DNA of 59,070 bases, filler included. It is 9 parts of 9 records of this genome, joined end to end, with 100 filler letters (N's around TTAATTAATTAA, not from the genome) between each part and the next. Parts side by side here need not be neighbours in the genome. Positions count along the whole stretch, not along the records: positions 12,036 to 19,203 come from SRR31156797_66520; positions 19,304 to 24,395 come from SRR31156797_66576; positions 24,496 to 33,083 come from SRR31156797_66624; 6 more parts are not named here. One strand, 5' to 3'. Shown here piece by piece: positions 18,490 through 28,450 of this stretch. The first letter of the stretch is position 1. Every line of letters starts with the position of its first letter. The position numbers were made by a program, and so were the translations under genes. The notes below the pieces were generated by a model that ran no database searches, was not told the origin of the DNA, and saw only the letters and a program-made list of their open reading frames with translations.

Positions 18490-18547
18490 AACATTAAATG
18501 TACAAAAAACTTCTTAACATTAAAAAAGTTAAATAACGCCTGATGTA

Positions 18548-18898
18548 CTACCCTTCTATTTTTTTCATGATAAAAACACCACAAACACCTTGAGTATCTT
18601 CACTAGACCCTACAATTTGTCCGTGCATATTAATAATTCCCTCCCTCACTTCCGGGTAATAGGTTATTGGTTCTGACGATTCTAAAACTTCAAAACTCGT
18701 AGTATTAAATATGATCTGATTATTATCTATTTTTCCTTCTATCTCGCAGCAGATAGAAAAGACATCCTCTCCCTCTATTGATTCAGCAAAAGTAAGCTTT
18801 CCTTTTATTTGATCATTCACATGAAATAATTCTGCCACACCTTCATCTTTCCCAAAAGAAAAATCCTCGTTAAACGACCACTTACCTGATAAATTCAT
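18548..18898 (-). CDS. Hypothetical protein (116 aa, beta-rich, acidic)
   Basis: Clean ORF co-oriented with its neighbours; MNLSGKW start and G.S.D..G..G.F.M end suggest a small beta-barrel; no family recognised. Confidence 0.65.
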   Translation of the reverse strand: MNLSGKWSFNEDFSFGKDEGVAELFHVNDQIKGKLTFAESIEGEDVFSICCEIEGKIDNNQIIFNTTSFEVLESSEPITYYPEVREGIINMHGQIVGSSEDTQGVCGVFIMKKIEG

Positions 18899-19162
18899 TT
18901 CACTGGAATAATTAGGTTACAAATTAAACAATTAATTTGAAATCTTTAGCAAAGTTTTTCTTCCTGATATTAAAATCATCTTAAACAAAGCGCTTTATAT
19001 TAAAAATATCACTCCTCTTATCCTGAGCTTCTTCAGAAATTCATTTTCTAACAACTCCTATGCATAGCAAACCAAACTTAACCTTTCTCAATAGTTGAGT
19101 CGTGATTAATTCAGGTATTCTACTTTTCTCATTCACTATTCTTTCACAGATTTACACAAAGC

Positions 19163-19203
19163 AGTGAAGGAATAGTGAAGCAATAGTGAAGGAATAGTGA
19201 AGA
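19163..19203. repeat. 11-bp tandem repeat AGTGAAG(G/C)AAT, at least 3.7 copies, running off the contig end
   Basis: AGTGAAGGAAT-AGTGAAGCAAT-AGTGAAGGAAT-AGTGAAGA; inverted partial copy TTCACTATTCTTTCAC at 19132-19147. Confidence 0.85.
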
Positions 19204-19303
19204 NNNNNNNNNNNNNNNNNNNNNNNNNNNNNNNNNNNNNNNNNNNNTTAATTAATTAANNNNNNNNNNNNNNNNNNNNNNNNNNNNNNNNNNNNNNNNN
19301 NNN
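19204..19303. other. Artificial contig spacer
   Basis: N44-TTAATTAATTAA-N44. Confidence 0.99.
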
Positions 19304-20873
19304 TGTTTATCATCCTGATTTTACTGATTTCCTTATACGAGGTTATATTTATGAAATCAGCAGCCGGATTTGGAAATACGTTTATTTCCATCCCGGTTGA
19401 GGTAGTTTCAGTTGTTTCAGCAAAGGGAGATTTCTTAAAACTGGTCTGTTCAGGGTTTTCGAAACTGTCAGCCTGTATGATGTCGATGGTTATGAGGTCC
19501 ATGCTGTATACTGTGCAGCCATCTAAGGGCATTGCTGTTAGAATAAGCTTGGCCTCACCCTCAGCGATGTCAACCGGCCCGGGGAAAAAGGTAGAATTTA
19601 ATTCGTACGAATTACTAAATGTTCCATCGCCGTTGGTGCTCCACTCGATTGCTCCGGCATTTTCTACGGCAGCCTGGGTTAGGGCAACATGCTCTGTATT
19701 TGTAATGGTAACATCTTCACCAGCAAAAGCTTCCGGTGATTCAATAATGGTCACTTCCAGGTAATCGGACTGTGGTAAAACACATGGTGCTCTAGGTATC
19801 GCGATCAGGGTGAGTTGAATGATTCCGAGCTCGATGTCCTGTGATGAAAAGTAGTATTTTGTGGAGGTGGACAAAGGGTCTTCAAAAAATCCTCCGGTAT
19901 ATTGTGAAGCCTCCCAAACAGGCAGTCCGTTTTGAATATCTCCGCTTAACTCCACATAGCCCTGATCCTCGCAAACTACAACATCCGGGCCGGCGTTCGA
20001 AACAGCTTCATGCCAAATGCTCAGTGTCATACAATCTGTTGCCGGGACTGTACAGGGGTTGATAGCATTTACTGTTAACGACACTTCAACATTTCCATCC
20101 TCAATATCATTTGGGCCAGGCATATACATCGGATTTAAAACATCTGCTGATGGAATGAATGTTCCGTCGCCGGCGGTCCAGAGTAGAGAACTATATGATT
20201 CGGCACTAGCCTGGTTAAGTACATGGCCTGTACTTTCGCAAATGGTCGCATCGATTCCGGTCTCAGCAGATGGCGGATTGGAAGCCTGAATGGTGAAAGC
20301 TAATTCATCTGTGTTTGGAGAACTGTTTCCCAGTGCATCCATGAGGGATATGATCTCAATATTATGCGTTCCGGGATTTAACGCTGTGTTAAGGAGGATA
20401 TCACCGGATTCGATACCTTGCACACACTCGGGATCTCCATCAAACGTGAAGCAAATTGTAAACGGCGCAACGCCATCGATAATATCGCAAATTGAAAATT
20501 CAAATGGGGTAGAGGAGCAAAGTGATAACGTAAATCCTTCGGTAGCTTCAGTGCCATTGATACAAAAAACCAGATCCGGAATGGTTGCAGGAGGATTATT
20601 GTTTGAATTGCTATCCTTATCGTAATTTGGTTTGAGCTCTGTGTTTGGAAGGTTTATTCCGGTGCTGCTCTCTGTAGAATCGGTAAAAAAGCAGTGGTGG
20701 ACATTTTTATTCAGGGTGTTATTGGTTGGTTTTACGCCATAGGCAAATGGATTGAAAAACAAGAAAGCGATGAGCAGCAAAATGGACGAGTGTAAAATTT
20801 TGTCCGTCTTCACCTCAAATCGGGTTCCGGGAATATCGGCCAAGGTTTTATGTGTTGAGCTATTGGTTTTCAT
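19304..20873 (-). CDS. Secreted Cys-rich Ig/PKD-like repeat protein with T9SS type A C-terminal sorting domain, 3' truncated
   Basis: Signal-like ILLLIAFLFFNPFAYG, three A.AG.D..ICE...W..GDGTF...Y.PG..D repeats, CTD start INVFPNPAADFINI. Confidence 0.82.
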
Positions 20874-21324
20874 TTTCTGTTTTTTTTTGATTTTCTGACA
20901 GCTACTTTAACTTTATTCGTGCCAAATACCAGTTCGGGATGTATGATTTGTAAATTATTTTCCGGGTTTTCTGATTTGTAATGGCTTGAAAATCCGATAT
21001 AAGCCGCCGCATATGTCCGGCTGTTACTGATTTTGGATGGGGATGTTTGTTTGCGGGTTTGTGGCATCAAAAATGGCTAACTACTCGTTTTATGGACTTT
21101 TTTCGGATTGGATTTTGGATGCTGACAGTTGGATTTGTCTCAATTTGAAATATATTTTCTATAATTAGGAATAATCGGGAATTATTCCCATTATGGAATA
21201 TTCAGGCGCTTAAGTCAGGTGAAACTTTAGGCGGTTCATTTTCAGGCATACCAAAAGTGCTATACAAATTCCACAATTTAATGACCCCCTCATCAGGAGG
21301 ACGGATCAATTTACCAATAATAAG

Positions 21325-21350
21325 AAAAGCCCGGTGAGCACCGGGCCTTT
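21325..21350 (-). terminator. Intrinsic terminator after the large T9SS gene
   Basis: Minus strand GCCCGGT-GCTC-ACCGGGC followed by TTTTCTT. Confidence 0.7.
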
Positions 21351-21450
21351 CATCATGACTGGGTTTTAATAACCTGTAAAAGAGCAAATTGGTTAGGTAG
21401 GATAGTATTGAGCCAAAATGTTTATATATTTTATTGTATGCTTCATGGTG

Positions 21451-24395
21451 TTACTGGATTGTTACCCTTCTGATGGTTAATTTGCCATCGATGTGCTTCA
21501 CCAACACAATGTACATTCCGCGATTCAGTTTCGAAACATCTATGATAACTGTTCTTCCGGGTACATCATTCCGTATTACTTCCTGACCCACGCTGTTCAT
21601 TATCTTCACAGTTTCGATTTCTTCATTTGATGTAATATTCAACCGGTTTTTCGTTGGGTTGGGATAAAGGCCGACTGTGTATTTGGCGGTGTGGGAAATC
21701 CCTATGGAAGTTACCGACTTAACAATATCCACTACCCTGGAAACGCTATTTGCGCTGAAATTGCCATCAGATGAAGGATAACCCTCATCTAAAATGAACG
21801 AAACCGTGTATTCCTCTCCGCTGTAAATATTATAGATTCTGAATTGGATTTTATCACCCGTACTGAAGCCGTCTTTTTTGCTTGACAGTCTGTTGTTACC
21901 CATGGCCACGAGTTTGTACAATTCTTCATTGTTTCCATACTCTGCCATACCATAGCAAGTGCCATCATCATTAAATGCACCCAGGATGTCGCCCGCTGAA
22001 AGCCTATCAAGAGCACTATTAGCAAAGAGGAAAATATGCGGCAATGCCGTACTTTCCACCTCCGCCCATGGTGAGTTGTTGATCCAGGAATCTTTTGGTA
22101 CCTGGACAGGATACAGATGTGGTGCATCCGGCACGAAATGGGGGTAATAAACTGAGTACGGATCAGATCCTATCTTACTTACAAGCAGGTAAGAATAGCC
22201 TGGATAGATCGAATCAAAGTCTGATGCAACAGGAGTCCAAAGCTGATTTGCTGACCAGTGGTAAATCAAAAGGATATCGTCCGTATGGTCTTTAAACAAA
22301 GAATCGATACTAACAGGAACATTAGTCAGCGTTGGCAGATAGGTAAACGAACCATCCACATAAAATGTTCTGTTGGTCAGTGAATCGCCATAAATAGGCA
22401 AACATGCCGGGGTATTCTTTACTTTCAATTTGTAGCCCGCAGGCATCCAATCTCCCAGGGTCGCTTGTGTTGGAATGGGTTCTGCCCAGAAATACTTGCC
22501 GGTTTTATCCACAATGTTGATGAGATGTTGTGAACCCGGGATCAGCACCAGTGGATCCATCACTTCAGGAACAGTTTCTAAGTCGGTTTCCAGGTATGAT
22601 GAGATTCCCCACCATCCATTTTTGTGGAAATAGATGAGCTGTTGAGGTATGCTCAGGGTTATACATTCAGATATATTAAACTGACAATTACCCGCAGATT
22701 CAATATTTACACATATTTCCACATCTCCTACCCAGTTATCACTTACACCCGGGAAGTAGCTGGGGCTTTCGGCCGAAGGATCATCAAAAGTACCGTCACC
22801 ATCGGTTGTCCAAATAATGGATTCATAATCGCCGGTAACGGTTGTGCCCATATAAACCGGAAGCCAGTTGCCGTTATCCACGTCATAATCGCTACAATCC
22901 AGTTCACGTTCAGGAGACAGGTTTGTTCCCGGAGCATGAATGATATCCAGTCTCATACAGTTGATGCTAACATTGGTACATCCTGCCAGTGGATATGCGG
23001 TGAGGCAGAGTTGCACTTCTCCTTCTGTATTATCATTGTCACCCGGAAAATATAAAGCATTTACCAGTGCCGGATCGCTGAAAGTTCCGTCGCCATTTGT
23101 TGTCCATTCCGTTGCAGTGGTATTCTCCACTGAAGCCAGGTTCAGCAAGGCGGATTCTCCTTCACATATCGATTGGTCGGGGCCTGCATCAGCCTCAGGG
23201 CTTTGGACAATTGTTACATTGATACAATCCGTTTGTGGAATAAAGCAAGGCGGATCAGGAATGCCAGTGAGACAAAGCTCGATGGTTCCGAGTTGAATAT
23301 CACCACTGGAAAAGTAATAATTTGTGGATGCTGAATTCGGGTCTTCAAAAAATCCGCCGGTAAATGAAGTTGTCTCCCAGACTGGGAAACCGTTTTCAAC
23401 AATACCATTCAACTCCACAAATCCGGCAGTTTCACAAACCGTAATATCCGGACCTGCATCAGGCGCAACATTTGGCTGAACTGTTAATATCATACAATCT
23501 GTTGTAGGTGTTGTACATGGCAGTTCAGGTGTTGCAGTAAGACATAATTCAACGGTACCATCAGTAACATCCTGCGAACCAGGGATGTACATTGGGTTTA
23601 ATACTTCGGCAGATGGAACAAATATTCCATCACCACCTGTCCACAATAATTCCGTATAACCACTTGCAGTTGCCTGACTAAGAACATGATTTAACCCTTC
23701 ACAAACTATAGCATTACCACCGGCATTGGCATTTGCCCCGGGAACCACTTCTATTGTGTAGTAGTAACTTGCCAGGTTTGAAACGCTGGTCTCAGTATCA
23801 TCTTTTACAGAGGTAATCTGTATCAGGTATGTGCCCGGGGTAAATGTTTGTATAAACAGTGCATCTCCAATCTGGAGATCATTTTCACAATCCGGTTCTC
23901 CGTTAATTTCCCAACAAATATCAAATGGTGGAACACCACTTAAAATTTCGCACAAAGAGAAGTTAATGGTCTCGCTGGAGCAAAACTGCAATACAGATCC
24001 TTTAATGGCCGGATATCCGTTTATACAAAAATCCACCTCCGGATCTTCAGCAACCGGAACCGTCACTGTAGCCTGGTCGCAGTTTGTGGGATTGAGGATG
24101 TCACAAATTTCGTAAACAAGCTCATAATTACCTGCAGGGGTGCCTGCGGCAACGGTAACACAACAGGAACTGCTGAGAGAAATGCCGTTTTGCGAACAGC
24201 TTACAAAGCTAATCATTACATCAGTCTGGGTAACCGGCATGCCGTTTAGCATGTCATTGATAAGAACATTTTGAACGGATATGCCGCCTGTCATCTCATT
24301 TACAGGATCTCCCATATCATCGTTGGCAATGATCAGAGGTATGGTTACTGTAACGAAAACGGTGCCCTGATCGCAGTTGGCAGGGTTGAGGATTT
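21451..24395 (-). CDS. Large T9SS type A cargo protein with Cys-rich Ig-like repeats, 5' truncated (more than 980 aa)
   Basis: Frame open to the contig edge; ILNP.NCDQ.TV repeat, four GDGTF-type repeats, complete CTD LYPNPTKNRLNI...NSVGQ...IDVSKLNRGMYIV. Confidence 0.87.
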
Positions 24396-24495
24396 NNNNN
24401 NNNNNNNNNNNNNNNNNNNNNNNNNNNNNNNNNNNNNNNTTAATTAATTAANNNNNNNNNNNNNNNNNNNNNNNNNNNNNNNNNNNNNNNNNNNN
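24396..24495. other. Artificial contig spacer
   Basis: N44-TTAATTAATTAA-N44. Confidence 0.99.
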
Positions 24496-24517
24496 CTCCT
24501 CCTAAATTTAGGAGGAG
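24496..24517 (-). terminator. Probable terminator hairpin of the kdp operon (cut by contig end)
   Basis: Perfect 22-bp palindrome CTCCTCCTAAATTTAGGAGGAG 22 nt downstream of the kdpE stop. Confidence 0.55.
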
Positions 24518-24539
24518 GCTGTTTAGGATTGAATCGAAC

Positions 24540-25241
24540 TTATACAGAAGATTCTGCTGGATACTCCCGCAAGCGATACCCGACGCCGATTTCAGTGATC
24601 AAATATTCTGGCTGCAGCGTATTGGTTTCGATTTTTTTGCGAATGTTTGAGATATTGACTCGTAAGGTTTGTGCATCCGCTGCAAAAGGTCCCCAGACTT
24701 CACTGGTCAGCGTATCGTAAGTGACGACTTTGCCTAAATTCTTGAACATTACTGCCATGATACGGTATTCGTTTTTGGTCAAATGGATCTCATTTTGATT
24801 CTTGTACAGGATTTTCTTCTCAAAATCGATCGTTAACTCCTTGTTTACGAGAATCGGGCTGCTGCTAAAGGCAGCTGACTCCTTGTGCCGCAATGCCGTG
24901 CGGATACGGGCAAATAATTCATTAGTACTGAAGGGCTTTGTTACATAATCATCGGCACCGAGGTCTAACGCTTGCACTTTGTCTTGTTCATCTTTGCGGG
25001 CAGAGATCACGATGATCGGTGTGTTCATGCGCTTACGAATGATTTTTAACAGCTCCATGCCATCAATGTCCGGTAAGCCCAGATCCAGCAAGATGAAGTC
25101 AATAGTTTCTTCCTGCAAGAGCATCAATGCCTCCATGCCCGTACCAACTGACGTAAAGTTGTAGTGTTCTCTTTGCAAGACGACCTCCATAAAATCAACG
25201 ATATTCGAATCATCTTCAATCAATAAAAAATGTCGCTGCAT
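24540..25241 (-). CDS. kdpE: Response regulator KdpE (OmpR family)
   Basis: LLIEDD, LDLGLPDIDG, ALDLGADDYVTKPF, winged helix LRVNISNIRKKIE...TEIGVGYR; follows kdpD. Confidence 0.93.
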   Translation of the reverse strand: MQRHFLLIEDDSNIVDFMEVVLQREHYNFTSVGTGMEALMLLQEETIDFILLDLGLPDIDGMELLKIIRKRMNTPIIVISARKDEQDKVQALDLGADDYVTKPFSTNELFARIRTALRHKESAAFSSSPILVNKELTIDFEKKILYKNQNEIHLTKNEYRIMAVMFKNLGKVVTYDTLTSEVWGPFAADAQTLRVNISNIRKKIETNTLQPEYLITEIGVGYRLREYPAESSV

Positions 25242-25252
25242 GTTCTTCCTCC

Positions 25253-27853
25253 TTACTGCTTTAAATAAATACGAAAGATGGTACTGCCGGCTTTCGTTTC
25301 GATCGCCAATTTGCCTTCATGGGCATGGATGATGGTTTTAACGATACTCAGTCCGATGCCTAGTCCATTTTTGGAATCCACCGGCACTTCGGTGTCATTG
25401 GTCAAATTCGCTTGGATTTTTTGGTATTGCCCTAGGGGGATCTCCCCTTGGTTCTCGATTTCAATGACCACTTCTTGCTCCTGAAAAACTCGCAAGAAAA
25501 TCGGTGTATTGGCGGTTCCATGGCGTACGCCATTTTCAATCAAATTAAACAAGGCTTGTTCGATCAAGATGGGATCGACTTGGACAAAAATCAGCTGATC
25601 GGGCATCTTCACGATGATTTTTTGTTGCGGATAGACTTTTTTTAGGTGCGTTAAAACCGCTTCGATAATTTCTTCGATTGGTTCTTCACTGCGCTTGACC
25701 GCCATGTTAGTCAAATTGATGCGGGTCACCGACAGTAAGTTTTCGACCATGCGGATCAACCACTGGGATTCACTTTGGATATCTCCTAGCAGCTTTTGTT
25801 TCGTTTCCTTTTTGATCGCGCCTTCGGTTTCGCTCAATGTTTCGGCAATGCCAGAAATCGTCGTCAGTGGCGTCCGCAAGTCATGAGAAACCGCACGCAG
25901 TAGATTGCTGCGGACTTTTTCCCGTTCGTTTTCTAATTGGATCTGTTCTTTCTCACTCGCCAGAGAGACTTGCTCCAACACGGTAGCAATTTGGGTGATC
26001 ACAAGGCGCAAGTAATTCAATTGACTATTGGCCAACTGATGCTCCTCGTTGCGTTCTACCCCAAGGGCACCTAGTGGTTTGCCGTTTAAAACGATCGGCA
26101 AGTAAAATCCATTGGCACCAATCAGAGTATCTGTGCCGCGACCGGCTTCTTTTTGATTTTTCACGACCCAAAAAGCGACGGCTTTCTCATCCTTGCCAGT
26201 TAGTTGAGACAATGTTTCTCTTGAAGAATGCAGACTTCTCAAGTGACCTTCTCTGTCATATAACGCCACTTCTCGCTGGAGTAAGCGTGCCAAATAGGTG
26301 GTCGTACTTTCATAAATGTCTTGCTCATTCCGCGTTTCCATGTATTGTTTGTTCAACTCATACAATATCTCCATTTGATGCTCTTTTTCCTTGGCATTTT
26401 CTGCCTGGGTCTTCAATCGAACCATCAAATTACTGATCATTAAGGCAACGATCAGCATGATCACTAATGTGATTGGATAGCCTGCTTTATAGACCGTCAA
26501 GGAATACAAGGGTTCGACAAAGAACCAATTGTAAGAAAGGACACTAATGATCGATGCCATGGCACTCCAAAGATAGCCACTTGTGTAACGTGCCACTAAG
26601 AGAACAAAAAAGATATAAACCAGCATCAAATTCTGATCGCCGAAATGTAAGTACTGCATGCCTTCTGTCACTATGGTAGCGAGCATGATCAGCCCAAAGG
26701 TCAAGGTGAAATCTCGACCACCGCCTTCAAATAATTGCGAAAACGTCAGCCGTGGTCGCTGCATTTTTTCTTTAAAAGGAATCAAATGGATCTCAATATC
26801 ATCAAGGCGCCGAATCAAGCGGTCTTCCAAATCCTCGACAAACAATTTTTGGAACCACTTCTGAGAAACCTGTTTCCCCATGATAATGTCACTGGCACCC
26901 GTCATTTTGGCATACTCTACGATGGTCTCAAAACTGTCATCCGCTTCGATGTTGATGACTTCTGCTCCCAAACGCTCTGCCAATGGCACCTCGGTAGGTG
27001 TATCATCTAACGATCGAACTTGAATCACCGTCCATTCCGCCCCCACTCCTTGGGCTAAGCGGGCGGTCCAACGAATGCATTTCTCTGCCATTTTAGGCAA
27101 GCGATCATCAATAATCGTCAAAAGCTTGCTTTGGACTCGTTTTCGACCGCCGTTCATTTGATTGATATGATTGGAAGCTTTTTGGATCGCTAATCCACGT
27201 AAATGATCAAGTTTTTCTGGCGTAAAAAAGTTTTTTAGTGCCCGCTTGGCATTCTCATCGGCATAGATTTTGCCTTGTTCCAACCGATCAATCAGTTCGT
27301 CTGGTTCAACGTCCACCACTCGTAAGCTGGCGTGCTGGAAAAAGGTGTCGGGTACAGTTTCTCTGACTTCCACTTCCGTGACCTTTTCCACGATGTCATT
27401 CAGACTTTCGATATGCTGGACATTGATGGTCGTGTAGACGGTGATTCCTGCATGCAAAAGTTCATCAACATCTTGGTAACGTTTTTTGTTTCGCGCACCA
27501 ATGGGATTGGTATGTGCTAACTCATCGATCAAGACGATATCTGGTTTTAGTTGGATCAGTCGATCGATATCCGGCTCATATAGGGTCAATTGCTTGTGCT
27601 GGTATTGCTTTAATGGTACTTGTGGTAACCCTTCAAGCAATCGATTGGTATCGGGACGTTTGTGGGGTTCGATATAGCCGATCACCACATTTTTGCCCAT
27701 GAGCAAACACTCATGGGCTTCGGTTAACATCGTATAGGTTTTTCCGACACCGGCAGCAAAACCGAAAAATACCCGCAGCTTGCCTCGTTTGGGGCCAAAT
27801 CCGGCTTGCAGCAGCATCTCTTCTGGGATTGTCTGCTGGTTGTTTTCACTCAT
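25253..27853 (-). CDS. kdpD: Sensor histidine kinase KdpD
   Basis: RGKLRVFFGFAAGVGKTYTML, DELAHTN, 4-TM bundle, GAF, VSHDLRTPLT, GLGIGLSIV. Confidence 0.95.
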   Translation of the reverse strand: MSENNQQTIPEEMLLQAGFGPKRGKLRVFFGFAAGVGKTYTMLTEAHECLLMGKNVVIGYIEPHKRPDTNRLLEGLPQVPLKQYQHKQLTLYEPDIDRLIQLKPDIVLIDELAHTNPIGARNKKRYQDVDELLHAGITVYTTINVQHIESLNDIVEKVTEVEVRETVPDTFFQHASLRVVDVEPDELIDRLEQGKIYADENAKRALKNFFTPEKLDHLRGLAIQKASNHINQMNGGRKRVQSKLLTIIDDRLPKMAEKCIRWTARLAQGVGAEWTVIQVRSLDDTPTEVPLAERLGAEVINIEADDSFETIVEYAKMTGASDIIMGKQVSQKWFQKLFVEDLEDRLIRRLDDIEIHLIPFKEKMQRPRLTFSQLFEGGGRDFTLTFGLIMLATIVTEGMQYLHFGDQNLMLVYIFFVLLVARYTSGYLWSAMASIISVLSYNWFFVEPLYSLTVYKAGYPITLVIMLIVALMISNLMVRLKTQAENAKEKEHQMEILYELNKQYMETRNEQDIYESTTTYLARLLQREVALYDREGHLRSLHSSRETLSQLTGKDEKAVAFWVVKNQKEAGRGTDTLIGANGFYLPIVLNGKPLGALGVERNEEHQLANSQLNYLRLVITQIATVLEQVSLASEKEQIQLENEREKVRSNLLRAVSHDLRTPLTTISGIAETLSETEGAIKKETKQKLLGDIQSESQWLIRMVENLLSVTRINLTNMAVKRSEEPIEEIIEAVLTHLKKVYPQQKIIVKMPDQLIFVQVDPILIEQALFNLIENGVRHGTANTPIFLRVFQEQEVVIEIENQGEIPLGQYQKIQANLTNDTEVPVDSKNGLGIGLSIVKTIIHAHEGKLAIETKAGSTIFRIYLKQ

Positions 27854-27865
27854 AGATGCTTCCCC

Positions 27866-28402
27866 CTATTCTTCGGGTAATTGATCGAGCTGCTGATTCA
27901 AGGTCATGATATTGACATATTCTCTCGTGGAGAACAGATCAGCTACTTTATTTCTGTTTATTATATCATGAATTGTTTGTTCATCGATGCCTCTTGTGTC
28001 AGCGATCCGCGGCAGTTGAAAAAGTGCCGCTTCGACACTGATATCAGGATCAACGCCACTACCCGAAGCGGTCACGAGATCGATCGGCACACTGGTTTGG
28101 GTTGGGTTTTCTGCCAGTAACGCCGCTGTCCGCTCAGCTACAGTCTTTTTTTGGGTCGGATCATAGGGCGACAATTGTGAAACAGTTTGATCACGGCCTT
28201 GGAAGTAACCTGCTTGGTCAAAGGGTTGCGCAAGCAGCTCAGACCCTTTGACCTCTCCACCTTCCACGATTTGACTGCCATTGGCTTGATGGGCAAAAAA
28301 GACTTGGCCGACACCGGTGACCAACAATGTATAGAGACCGCCAAATAGCACGGTACTAAATAGTAAAAATTTGATACTGGCAAAGAGGGTGTTCTTCATC
28401 AT
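27866..28402 (-). CDS. kdpC: K+-transporting ATPase subunit C
   Basis: N-terminal TM, QANGS, GSELLAQPF, DLVTASGSGVDPDIS. Confidence 0.93.
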   Translation of the reverse strand: MMKNTLFASIKFLLFSTVLFGGLYTLLVTGVGQVFFAHQANGSQIVEGGEVKGSELLAQPFDQAGYFQGRDQTVSQLSPYDPTQKKTVAERTAALLAENPTQTSVPIDLVTASGSGVDPDISVEAALFQLPRIADTRGIDEQTIHDIINRNKVADLFSTREYVNIMTLNQQLDQLPEE

Positions 28403-28450
28403 GTTTTCCTCCTAAATGACTCTTTGACTCTGATGGACTTCTCTTGTCTC

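Noticed and set aside
19163-19203. Terminal repeat as a CRISPR array
   Set aside because: Unit is 11 bp with no spacers, and no cas genes are present.
20870-21387. Two small ORFs (66 and 61 aa) between the T9SS genes
   Set aside because: TTG starts, no motifs, and one spans a terminator hairpin; probably non-coding.
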